From an uncultured Ignavibacteriales bacterium (GTDB lineage: Bacteria; Zixibacteria; MSB-5A5; GN15; FEB-12): a stretch of DNA of 64,000 nucleotides. Below are positions 17,330 through 26,298 of the stretch, piece after piece. The stretch lies in the NCBI GenBank assembly GCA_964518635.1, contig CAZFGK010000003.1:30338-94337 (forward strand), given 5' to 3'. A program made the translations under genes and the position numbers. Position 1 is the first letter of the stretch; every line of letters begins with the position of its first letter. Under the pieces are notes generated by a model. The model was not told the DNA's origin and searched no databases. It worked only from the letters and a program-made list of their open reading frames with translations.

Positions 17330-19231
17330 TCAATGACTTGAGAAGTAAAAGCGGATCGGAATTGAGAGCATTCGCTTTCTGAATTGGTACGCTTGCTTGA
17401 CGGACTGTACCGCAGTCGCTTCCAGTAGAGAAGTATGAACTTCTGACCTCCAGTGTCCTACCACCGTGTCACCTTTTCGCTCCCAATGGATGGAATGTAA
17501 CCCACCGGGAAAACTTACTGAATCGGATGGTGGCAGGAGAATGGAATCAGCTTGACGGATGTATTCACCGCTGAGAATGCAGGAGTCATGTAGTACCTTT
17601 GGGTTCCCCATGTCGACAGAGAGTGAATCGGGAGCAGTAAGCAGGAGATCGTAGTCATTTGCGCGAGAGTAGATGAAAGGATTAAAAAAGGCAGCACCCT
17701 TGACTGCAAGTGGTCTCTGACGCGACAGGTAGACACGTCGCTTGAGTGGAAGGGTAACATCGAGCTCATCCAGGTACTCTAGAGAATCAAGGAGAAACTC
17801 CGAACGTCGCATCGCGAGAAACTCAAGAAAACTGTCGGTCCTCTCCCTCTGAGTTTCGCCCTGAATCGAATAGCGACGAGAGAGTGCTATATTCCCGTCG
17901 TACTGAGCATAGGTGTCAATCCTGCACTGTCCGGTACCGTCAATCACGAGGTGAGAACTCGTGACCGAACGATTTTCATAGGCTTTACTTCTCGGCAGCG
18001 TCATCAGCGTGCCATTTGAATCACCGACAATGAGTGCCAGCATGCCTTCATCGGCTTCCGGCAGTTCTCCCGGCGGACAGAGCGTACAGGTTGGGTCATA
18101 CCATAGAGTATCAGTCTGAACTACTGCCATGGTTATCACATGATTGAAATTATCTGTCACAAAATCCGGATCAACAATCCCTTCTCCACGTGTGAGTACA
18201 AGAGCCGGAAATGCCTGTGCGCCAGCCGATCGGAAGCGTGAAACAAGAAGGGTAGTGGATCCTTTGCAATCTCCGTATCCTACACGTTCTACGGTTGCCG
18301 CAGGTTCTGTCTGCCAGCCGCTCATTTTTCGATTGACGCTCACGTAGCGAATCCTTCTGATCTGTTCAAGATAGATGGAGTCAAGAGTGCTTTTTGTGCA
18401 GACATTTGACGGCTGCGTCACTGGCTCCAGATATCGATCCGCTGACAAGTATCGATACATTGAGACGACATCATTCCATGTTGCCAATGAGTACCGTTTC
18501 TTCCCAAATTGTACTCTGTCAGATTGAAGCTGCAACTGAAGAGGTCTCACGCTTGATGCGGTAAACTCATGCGGCTCCCAACTCGGAATACTATCTATCT
18601 CCCACTTCATCACACCACTGCCTGAGCTCGGCGTTGGCGGCTGAGTTCCGTACCATTTCCACCTCACATGGATGTCAGTCCGGACTTCGAGTGTAATATT
18701 CAGTCGATCAACCGGCCATGCTGGTTGTGTAAAAATTTCGCTCAGCAGGAAATTTCCAGGCAGCTCATGAACAGTTTCAAACTCCATAAGAAGCGGAAAA
18801 CGTGACACCCCAGGATCTGCCATTACTCGACAATCATCAGAGTAAAGCGTTGAGCTTTCGTCATAGCCGCACAGTCTGATCATCTGGCGGCGATCATATT
18901 CGGATAGAATGCCACCGGTTGAATCAACGATTCTGAGAGAGGCGTCCTTGAGTCGATATCGGGGAGTGTCATAGGCAACATGCATTTCATATGCCCTTCC
19001 CGCAGCTGACTCAATCCGGCGACGTTCAATCCTGCGGATTACAGTCTTGTCATCATCAAACTGAATGTGAATATCCAGTGCAGTTACCCGCATATGAACC
19101 GGCTTTACGGTGCTCGCTATGGCTTTCCCATGGCAGAAAAGCATGGCGATGCCTAGAACGAACACGCTGGAGAGAGCGGCTGCTTTTCCTGTTGGTGAAG
19201 TCGTCGCCGAGAGAGTCTTTACAAATACCAT
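17330..19231 (-). CDS. Exported transglutaminase-like protein (DUF3857/TGase-core/DUF3858-like architecture), catalytic triad present
   Basis: 633 aa. The core GYGDCKGSTTLLVSRFRSAGAQAFPALV...FNHVITMAV...LWYDPT supplies Cys, His and Asp. N-terminal hydrophobic signal. Confidence 0.7.
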   Translation of the reverse strand: MVFVKTLSATTSPTGKAAALSSVFVLGIAMLFCHGKAIASTVKPVHMRVTALDIHIQFDDDKTVIRRIERRRIESAAGRAYEMHVAYDTPRYRLKDASLRIVDSTGGILSEYDRRQMIRLCGYDESSTLYSDDCRVMADPGVSRFPLLMEFETVHELPGNFLLSEIFTQPAWPVDRLNITLEVRTDIHVRWKWYGTQPPTPSSGSGVMKWEIDSIPSWEPHEFTASSVRPLQLQLQSDRVQFGKKRYSLATWNDVVSMYRYLSADRYLEPVTQPSNVCTKSTLDSIYLEQIRRIRYVSVNRKMSGWQTEPAATVERVGYGDCKGSTTLLVSRFRSAGAQAFPALVLTRGEGIVDPDFVTDNFNHVITMAVVQTDTLWYDPTCTLCPPGELPEADEGMLALIVGDSNGTLMTLPRSKAYENRSVTSSHLVIDGTGQCRIDTYAQYDGNIALSRRYSIQGETQRERTDSFLEFLAMRRSEFLLDSLEYLDELDVTLPLKRRVYLSRQRPLAVKGAAFFNPFIYSRANDYDLLLTAPDSLSVDMGNPKVLHDSCILSGEYIRQADSILLPPSDSVSFPGGLHSIHWERKGDTVVGHWRSEVHTSLLEATAVQSVKQAYQFRKRMLSIPIRFYFSSH

Positions 19232-19235
19232 GGGT

Positions 19236-21158
19236 TCATTTTGCAGTGATCACAAGTTCAAGATTGGCTGCTTCAGCTACGCCGGAAAAGACTTCCTGAA
19301 TATCGGCATACCGATCAGGATGGAAAATACTCTTCTCTATATCAAGGCGAGATGTGACCGTTAGAACCGAATCAGATCTTTGCCACCCGGAGATGAATCT
19401 GAGTCCTTCTTTCTCCACACGAACCGGCTCGGATGCTTCGAGATTCAGGTAACCTCCAGGTAATGCCATGGTTACGACAGTCACATACTTGCGTGGGAAT
19501 ACAAACTCGATCGGAAAGACTCTTTTGGTTGCAGTGAACGGATTGATTGCGAATGCAAACATCGGGGTACGAACCAGAAGATTCGGAGAGTAGTGATGCA
19601 TGCGATCGCTGAATTGAGTGCGAAATGAGACCACCATTGCGCCGCTCGTATCGATTTTGACGGATGCTGAATCGATGACTGCCCCCTCGCTAAGCAGGTC
19701 ACTACACAATTCAAGCACAACTGCTTCATCTGTTGACTTGTCTATCATATCTGCATAAAGCGGGACAAAGTAACCTGTAAACCTGGACTCCACTGTGCAA
19801 TCCATCACACCCTGCGTGTCAAGAGTGACATCTATCTTATCAAGTCGTATGGAGAAGACTGGTGGCGGCGGGATTTGAATCGGTTCAGTTTTTTCTCCGT
19901 CGATGATCAGGCCGTAGGCAACGAGAGAATTCGGGGGCAATGCGGCGAAAGGTGTATGAGCAACGGAGGCATCAAGAAAGAAATATGATGAATCAAGCTC
20001 TACCATGGTAAGAGCATGATTCAGCGCACGAGTTCGGACATACCGAGGATCAAAGACATCATTATCGCGAGTTGATATGTACACCGGGTATGAATTGATA
20101 TTTCTTGCTCTCAGCATCCCCCAGAGATAGAGATTTTTCTCACCGCTGTGTGCGGATTTTGATTTTAAGATATCGCTGAACTTTCTATTGTCGTTCATCA
20201 GGGATGAAAAGCCGTCGGTTGCGATACTGTCTCTCACCCAGACATAAAGAGACTCCGCGATAATCATCGGGTCGGTTATCCCACGCGCAATACTCGTCGA
20301 GTGACTTTTGACACTTCTGTCTTCTCGGTATTTCCTCAGGGCATTCTCGCTTGACCTGCCGATTTCTTTCCAGTCGGTCTGTTTGTTAAACCCGAAAAAG
20401 CCATTTGAGAACCCTGCAAGCTCACAACGAACTGCACTTCGAAACAGGATTTCCAGCCCCATATACGGTTCTACGGAAAATGGTTCGAGATCGTGAAGTG
20501 TCCAGGTGAACTCCTGAACACGGCTATTGAACGAGTTAGCGGCCAGCATCCGATCTTCTTTGGGGGGCTGGAGCTCCACCGGGACGTTGTAAAATGAGGT
20601 GGTGTAAGAATATCCACCGGGTACCTGGATAGAGAGTTTTGATTCAATCGTGTAGAGTTCCGATTGGAAGTACCACGGATCCAGCCAGTAGACATAAGGA
20701 TCGTTCAGCTGGTACTTGTATTCGAGAATGCATCCGGGCTCGACAGCTGGAAAGGCAAATGAATATTCATGAAAACCAGAAGACTTCTTCTTGAAGATGG
20801 CATTCCTGGGGACCTTTTCAACGCGTCCGTCCGGATGCAGTGTGTGGGCCTCCAGCCCTACCACTTCTTCATGGGAAGAGACCGGAATCTCGATGTTTCC
20901 CGCTTCTTGCGCTCCGGCGCGAGTGAACACTTTCGTGCGGACATGAACAAAGGTCTCTACCTCGTTAGATGTCAACTGATCGACCACTGAAATGACTCCG
21001 CGATTGAACAAGATCACTGCACCGGCATCCTGATAATTACCACTCGGCTGCAACGCCCATTCTTCCGGTGTAACTTTTCCAAAATCGTCAGCAGATAGAG
21101 TTGATGAGAGCGTGAATGCAATAAGCAAGGAAGTGAAAAGCAAATTGTTCCGAGACAT
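19236..21158 (-). CDS. Exported transglutaminase-like paralog lacking the nucleophile Cys
   Basis: Start placed at ATG 21158 (MSRNNLLFTSLLIAFTLSSTLSADD; GGAGGGAG upstream); the ORF track starts at 21191. The equivalent core SAHSGEKNLYLWGMLRARNINSYPVYI...LNHALTMVE...FFLDAS keeps His and Asp but has no Cys. Confidence 0.65.
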   Translation of the reverse strand: MSRNNLLFTSLLIAFTLSSTLSADDFGKVTPEEWALQPSGNYQDAGAVILFNRGVISVVDQLTSNEVETFVHVRTKVFTRAGAQEAGNIEIPVSSHEEVVGLEAHTLHPDGRVEKVPRNAIFKKKSSGFHEYSFAFPAVEPGCILEYKYQLNDPYVYWLDPWYFQSELYTIESKLSIQVPGGYSYTTSFYNVPVELQPPKEDRMLAANSFNSRVQEFTWTLHDLEPFSVEPYMGLEILFRSAVRCELAGFSNGFFGFNKQTDWKEIGRSSENALRKYREDRSVKSHSTSIARGITDPMIIAESLYVWVRDSIATDGFSSLMNDNRKFSDILKSKSAHSGEKNLYLWGMLRARNINSYPVYISTRDNDVFDPRYVRTRALNHALTMVELDSSYFFLDASVAHTPFAALPPNSLVAYGLIIDGEKTEPIQIPPPPVFSIRLDKIDVTLDTQGVMDCTVESRFTGYFVPLYADMIDKSTDEAVVLELCSDLLSEGAVIDSASVKIDTSGAMVVSFRTQFSDRMHHYSPNLLVRTPMFAFAINPFTATKRVFPIEFVFPRKYVTVVTMALPGGYLNLEASEPVRVEKEGLRFISGWQRSDSVLTVTSRLDIEKSIFHPDRYADIQEVFSGVAEAANLELVITAK

Positions 21159-21471
21159 GGGTATCTCCCTCCGACACATGATAGCGATCAAGTTATCACT
21201 TCATGCGCGCTGGGACAAGTTTGACTCGGTTAAAGAACTGGGTGGTGATTAAAGTTGCTAATTGAGTACACGAATATTCAGGCGGAATGAAACATCCTCA
21301 GAGTCTGAATCGTTATGTAGATTGGGCGACTTGCGATTCAAGCTGAAATGGGCGATAATTGTACTTTGTCGTCGGTCTTGCTTCAATACAGCCTTTGTTT
21401 AGCTCTTTGACAACTGGATGCGTCTGGCACGCATCCCGGAAACTGCTCAGAATCAACGACTTCTCAATAAT

Positions 21472-21831
21472 GGGGGTGTCAGGGTTCGACGGGTATGGTT
21501 CGGGGTTGCGGGCGTGTCGGGGATGTTCGGTAGCCCCGTTACCAAGTTCCGAACAAACAGTAATCGGCAACGATTACGCCATGGCTGCCTAGTTAATACC
21601 TAGCGCAACCCGTCCCGCCTGAACTCTGCCCTCGAGGTCAGGGTCGGGGCGACGCAATTGAGGGATCGGTCCTGCGACGTCCGTGAGCAGGACTTAAACA
21701 TACGGGCTGGCTACTGCGGACGCCTGTCGATCGGCAGTCGTGGTAGCGAGAACTCAATAGAACGACTACACACGTAGAACGCTGCCTGCAAATCTATTCG
21801 GACGGGGGTTCGATTCCCCCCACCTCCACCA
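21472..21831 (+). ncRNA. ssrA: tmRNA (one-piece)
   Basis: 5' GGGGGUGUCAGGGUUCGACGGG pairs with 3' CACCUCC-A-CCA, including the G3:U70 pair. T arm: GGACGGGGGUUCGAUUCCCCC. The internal tag frame ends ...GNDYAMAA followed by UAG at 21590-21592. Confidence 0.93.
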
Positions 21832-21914
21832 ATTATGCTCGCCAGTTCCGGCGAGATTGGGCGACGCGCCAGAGGCGCATTGACCAGGTCCATTCGTGTT
21901 GATGGCGTTGTTGC

Positions 21915-22889
21915 CTATTTCCCAGCAAGATCTTTGTAGGCCGCCGGAACGTTCAGGCCAGGATGTACCCAGCCAAAAAGTGCGTAGCCAGAAAATTCGG
22001 ACATCGATACAGTCTTCACCGTTTCTTCAAGCGACATTCCCTTATCGATGGCCGCTTTGACTTCGGTTTTGACCGTTTCCAGATAGTCGATATGCCATTT
22101 GATGTCTTCTCGTGTTATGAGCGACCCGTGTCCAGGCACAACTTTGGCATCGGGTGGCAAGAACTCATAAACTTTTTTGAGTGTAGCCAGGGTCTCGAGT
22201 AGATGTCCATCGAGTAACCATGGCAATGCAGGCTTGACTGCTATCACGGGATTTCCCGTCCACATTGTTTTCGATTGTGGCTCCCAAATAAATAGATCTC
22301 CACCGGTCTGGGCAAATCCAAAGTCGATGATCTCAACAGACTTACCGCCCAAATCAAGTGTGAGCTTGCCATCGCCTGGAACAAGGACATTCGCTATTCG
22401 TGCCTGAATGGGTTCGATGCCACGACCTGCACCGAAATTCTTAATCATGAACGCCTTGTCGTCTTCAAGATGCTCGTGGATGTAACGGCTCGTGTTCTGA
22501 TGCTGAATAACGACGGTCGCCTTCGGTAAATACATATTTCCGAACGAGTGATCACCATGTGCGCTGGTGTTGACTGCAAATGAAATCGGGTGCTCAGTCT
22601 CCTTTCTAACGAGACTTTCAACTTGTTTGAATAAGCGCTGGTTCAGCATCGTCTCTATAACCAACACTTTGTCCTTACCTACTATAAACCCGCCGCTTGT
22701 CGCCACAGGCTTTCCAAGCCGTTCTAGCTCCATGGCATCCTTCGCGTAAAATGCGAAAACACCCTCCGCAATCTTCTCGGAAATTAATTCAACCTTGTTT
22801 CCGTCCCAGACCGGCTCCTGCGCGCTTACGTAAGGTGCAGATAGACAAATAATGAGCGTCGTAAATGTTGCAGGTAGTAATCGCATCAT
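21915..22889 (-). CDS. Exported MBL-fold metallo-hydrolase
   Basis: Start at ATG 22889 (AAGGAG upstream; MMRLLPATFTTLIICLSAPYVSAQE signal). Motifs NTSAHGDHSFGN (HxHxDH position reads SxHxDH), GGDLFIW and VVPGHGSL. Confidence 0.8.
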   Translation of the reverse strand: MMRLLPATFTTLIICLSAPYVSAQEPVWDGNKVELISEKIAEGVFAFYAKDAMELERLGKPVATSGGFIVGKDKVLVIETMLNQRLFKQVESLVRKETEHPISFAVNTSAHGDHSFGNMYLPKATVVIQHQNTSRYIHEHLEDDKAFMIKNFGAGRGIEPIQARIANVLVPGDGKLTLDLGGKSVEIIDFGFAQTGGDLFIWEPQSKTMWTGNPVIAVKPALPWLLDGHLLETLATLKKVYEFLPPDAKVVPGHGSLITREDIKWHIDYLETVKTEVKAAIDKGMSLEETVKTVSMSEFSGYALFGWVHPGLNVPAAYKDLAGK

Positions 22890-23200
22890 GAATCTCCTTT
22901 TTGGGCTGGGTGACCCACATTTCAGGTGGGTACCCGCCAACTGATTTCAACATTCCCACCTTTTATTTTCGCCACCAACTCTCTGCAAAATACGAAACAG
23001 CCTCATTAAACAAAAGGACGATTCATCCCCATTAGTAAGAAACAATTGAAATCCAATCCCGCCTAGAGGCGGAGCACCGAAATTCGGCACTACTAATTCG
23101 TATTCACCACAAATTTTTTCGAGCCATCTGACCGACAGGATTCAACAATTGTCACAAACTGGTCGCAAAGATGTGTCAGTCTTTGTGCCAGATAGCAAGT

Positions 23201-23226
23201 CGGGGGTTCGATCCCTCCACTTCTAC
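23201..23226 (+). repeat. Degenerate copy of the tmRNA 3' end (T-arm plus acceptor strand)
   Basis: cgggggttcgatccctccacttctac aligned to tmRNA 21803-21829 gives 23/26 identities with one 1-nt gap. All three mismatches are C to T. There is no matching 5' half, so this is not a gene. Confidence 0.6.
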
Positions 23227-23372
23227 GATATTGCCTTTAGTCACCACTTTTCGCTGAAGTTGATGGATGAGTTTAATGTAACTAGCTTGATATGATGAAA
23301 ATTACCCGTGGGTTTCGAAAAACGCACAGTGACCAAGCATCCCCGCCCAGTACTACTCAAACGGATAGCTGA

Positions 23373-24002
23373 ATGCCAATAAACTTCTCCATCTTTTCAG
23401 ATCAGGAACATCAGGTCATTCGTCGTTTGAATTCACCACCGAAAGTACAGCAGTTCGTCAACGAGCTTGTCTACAATCAAAATGACCGGGTATCGATTCT
23501 GGATGTGATTCAAAAACGTACGGGGGACTGCCTCGAGGCCGCGGTCTTTGCTTCGGTGGTACTCACCTATCACAAGATTCCAAATTCCCTCGTTGGCTTG
23601 AAATCAGTCAGAGACGAAGACCATGCACTTTGTGTGTTCAGGCAGAAGCATGGCTACGGGGCAATTGCACAGAGTAAATATCTGGGATTACGATACAGGA
23701 ATCCGGTCTATGCAAGTTATCGGGAACTGGTGATGAGCTATTTTGAGAGCTACTACAACTATTTTGGTGAGTACTCGCTTCGCGCCTATTCGAAGCCGCT
23801 CATGTTACGAAGCATTACAAAGCCGCAGATTGCAGATGCAGCATTTATGTGCGCTCTGGATGATCGACTCGGCGAACTTCCCGTTATGAAGCTGGTTCCA
23901 ACATCAATCACCCTTCCGAGAGTCTCTCCGCTCAAGTTCAAGCAGGAGGTATTGGTCATACCACGTGGTACACGGGTAGGAAGAAAGTACCGAAGAGATT
24001 AG
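23373..24002 (+). CDS. Hypothetical protein with a papain/transglutaminase-like Cys-His signature
   Basis: 209 aa. RTGDCLEAAVFASVVL followed by EDHALCVF about 37 residues later. No signal peptide. The family was not identified. Confidence 0.4.
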   Translation: MPINFSIFSDQEHQVIRRLNSPPKVQQFVNELVYNQNDRVSILDVIQKRTGDCLEAAVFASVVLTYHKIPNSLVGLKSVRDEDHALCVFRQKHGYGAIAQSKYLGLRYRNPVYASYRELVMSYFESYYNYFGEYSLRAYSKPLMLRSITKPQIADAAFMCALDDRLGELPVMKLVPTSITLPRVSPLKFKQEVLVIPRGTRVGRKYRRD

Positions 24003-24143
24003 GTTCTGATCCTTGTTGTCGCGACATCCCGCTGGCTACACATTCTCTGCGTGCAATGCACCTTCATTTCTCCCGGAGTTCACGGCGGTTTATTACTTGC
24101 ACATTCACTAGCCACAATTCATACTTTTTAGTAACAGAGGTAA

Positions 24144-24161
24144 TTGCGACATGCGTCGCAA
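24144..24161. promoter_or_regulatory. 18-bp palindrome TTGCGAC-ATGC-GTCGCAA, 40 nt upstream of the 24201 gene (possible operator)
   Basis: Perfect 7-bp arms with a 4-bp spacer, read directly from the sequence. Confidence 0.25.
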
Positions 24162-24200
24162 AGCCAAGAACAGGTTGAATGAAATTCAGGAGGTCGTTCG

Positions 24201-24761
24201 ATGGAATTTCTCACAGCTCTTTGGTCCCCGATTCTGCTCTCCGCAGTTTTCGTTTTCGTACTCAGTTCTCTCATTCACATGGTCTTCAATTATCACGCGA
24301 ATGATTTTGGTAAGCTGGAAAATCAGGACGCGATCCAGTCGGCACTTCGTCCATTCAATCTGAAACCCGGCGACTATTTTCTCCCTCGTGGAGCATCTAC
24401 CAAAGAAATGAAAACGCCGGAGTTCGACGAAAAGCTCGCCAAAGGGCCGGTCATCGTCATGACGGTGCTTAAGAATGGTCCGCTCAATATGGGAAAGAGC
24501 CTGATTCTCTGGTTCGTGTATTGTGTGGTCATCGGAGCTTTTGCTGCCTACATCGGGTGGCACGCTGTTCCAGCAGAAGGTAATTATCTGAGCGTGTTCC
24601 GCTTTGTCGGCTGCTCTGCATTGATGGGATACTCCCTGGCCCTGATGCAGGGAGCAATCTGGTATGGGCGCAACTGGTGTACGGTCTTGATTTCGATGTT
24701 TGACGGTTTGCTGTACGCACTTGTGACCGCCGGTACATTCGGTTGGTTATGGCCGAAATAG
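24201..24761 (+). CDS. Integral membrane protein, unknown function (about 4 TM)
   Basis: 186 aa. Hydrophobic segments ILLSAVFVFVLSSLI, LILWFVYCVVIGAFAAYIGW, FRFVGCSALMGYSLALM and LLYALVTAGTFGWLW. AGGAGG upstream. Confidence 0.55.
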   Translation: MEFLTALWSPILLSAVFVFVLSSLIHMVFNYHANDFGKLENQDAIQSALRPFNLKPGDYFLPRGASTKEMKTPEFDEKLAKGPVIVMTVLKNGPLNMGKSLILWFVYCVVIGAFAAYIGWHAVPAEGNYLSVFRFVGCSALMGYSLALMQGAIWYGRNWCTVLISMFDGLLYALVTAGTFGWLWPK

Positions 24762-24929
24762 CTCCGATTCACTTTCAGGTATAGAACTGAGCCGTAAAGT
24801 CGAAAAAGGGGAAAGCGTCTGTTCTGACTCCAAGTGGGAGACGAGCGTGGATTCAATTTCCACGCAAAGCTCAATATTGATCCGTAAGGTTTTTAGTAGA
24901 ATCTGATACGGACTGTTTCGGTCAAGATA

Positions 24930-25385
24930 TCACGCTTTATTCTCATGATGAAAATCGGGTGAAAGCAGTATCTGTTTATGCAACAACCCTGCAACTACGA
25001 GGAGTAATACTCCTGCCAATATTGGCGTAAGCAGAAACGCCCAGCCCGCCTTCGCCATCATGATCACAGTCGGATTTCCACACGCAGGCGGATGTGATGT
25101 CTTAGTCAGTAGCATCAGAACTGCCCCCGCACCAACCGCCAGTGACATCATCAGAACGGAATGAGAGCCGATTGCGAGAAAAATGAGCCCGACAATCGAA
25201 GTCAGTAGATGACCGCCAACAAGATTTCGAGTTTGCACAAGAGGATTTTGAGGATATGCGAAAAGAAGAAAACTACTGGCGCCAAATGGAGCGATCAGCA
25301 GTGAATATCCGCTGTAATCGGAAATAAGTCCGAGAATCAGAACAGTTGCAGCAAGAAAGAATCCGGCGAGCAAATGCAGTTTCAT
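24930..25385 (-). CDS. HPP-family membrane protein
   Basis: 151 aa with four TM segments. The LLTKTSHPPACGNP motif gives the family its name. Confidence 0.75.
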   Translation of the reverse strand: MKLHLLAGFFLAATVLILGLISDYSGYSLLIAPFGASSFLLFAYPQNPLVQTRNLVGGHLLTSIVGLIFLAIGSHSVLMMSLAVGAGAVLMLLTKTSHPPACGNPTVIMMAKAGWAFLLTPILAGVLLLVVAGLLHKQILLSPDFHHENKA

Positions 25386-26230
25386 TCGTTTCCAATCGTT
25401 GATGATTGCTTGCTTTCCTTTCGGAAAATCCCCTGAGTCAACACCACCCGTCCTTCATCGGCGTTCTGCTTCGATGCCTGTGATATGCGTGGAAGGCGAT
25501 CCCCCATAACGACCACCTGGATCCCGCGATCAGAGAATCCATACTTACGGCGATTAATCTCAAGTTCAGCAGATACATCTCTCCATTCGAGAACATCGAA
25601 TCCGGCAGATTGAATAATCAATTCCATCTCTTCAGGAGACTTGAGAAAACTCGTTGTCTCGCCTTCAGCCCACATCACAGGAAACAAAATAGGCCGATTG
25701 ATGCCCAGCATCGGTTCCTGAAATGCGAGCTTGCCACCAGGGTGAAGTACGCGGTTGAATCCTTCATAAAGCCCTCTCTTGTCGCTGATATTCATTCCGC
25801 TGTTTTGTGTCCAGACGAGATCGAAACTGTTTTGTTCAAAGGGGAGATTGAGTGCATCAGTCTGAATGAATCGAACCATTGATTCGAGATGCAGCTTTTC
25901 TGTGATCAGTCGACCGGCCTCAATGTATGACTCCGTCAAATCTGCAACTGTCACATCACAGCCAAACTCGACCGCCAATGTTCGTGCAGGCCCACCGAGC
26001 CCACCGCCGACGTCGAGAATTTTCATACCCGGTCGCAACTCTGCGGCACTGGCAAGGAGGAGAGTCATCCCCATCCCTCCTCCGTGAAAATGATCGTACG
26101 GAGCCAGGTCTGCGACGGTCAGATGATCAATATCCTTCCCTTCGCCGCGTAATTCGTTTAGAATTCTCTCACCCAATCCAGCACGTTCCCAGTACCTTCG
26201 GGCTGAATCGGAAACGTCTCCGTCTATCAA
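25382..26230 (-). CDS. Class I SAM-dependent methyltransferase
   Basis: Motif I ILDVGGGLGGPARTL, post-I VTVADL and HPGGKLAF. 4-nt overlap with the HPP gene. Confidence 0.8.
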   Translation of the reverse strand: MIDGDVSDSARRYWERAGLGERILNELRGEGKDIDHLTVADLAPYDHFHGGGMGMTLLLASAAELRPGMKILDVGGGLGGPARTLAVEFGCDVTVADLTESYIEAGRLITEKLHLESMVRFIQTDALNLPFEQNSFDLVWTQNSGMNISDKRGLYEGFNRVLHPGGKLAFQEPMLGINRPILFPVMWAEGETTSFLKSPEEMELIIQSAGFDVLEWRDVSAELEINRRKYGFSDRGIQVVVMGDRLPRISQASKQNADEGRVVLTQGIFRKESKQSSTIGNE

Positions 26231-26298
26231 TTTCGACTCCTGAAGATTGAGGTCAATTTGTAGCTGAATGATTTCTGTCCCTGGTTGATCGAATCAAT

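Noticed and set aside
21359-21603. 77-aa and 61-aa ORFs overlapping the 5' half of tmRNA
   Set aside because: One merely reads through the tmRNA tag frame (it ends ...GNDYAMAA). The region folds as canonical tmRNA, so these are not protein genes.
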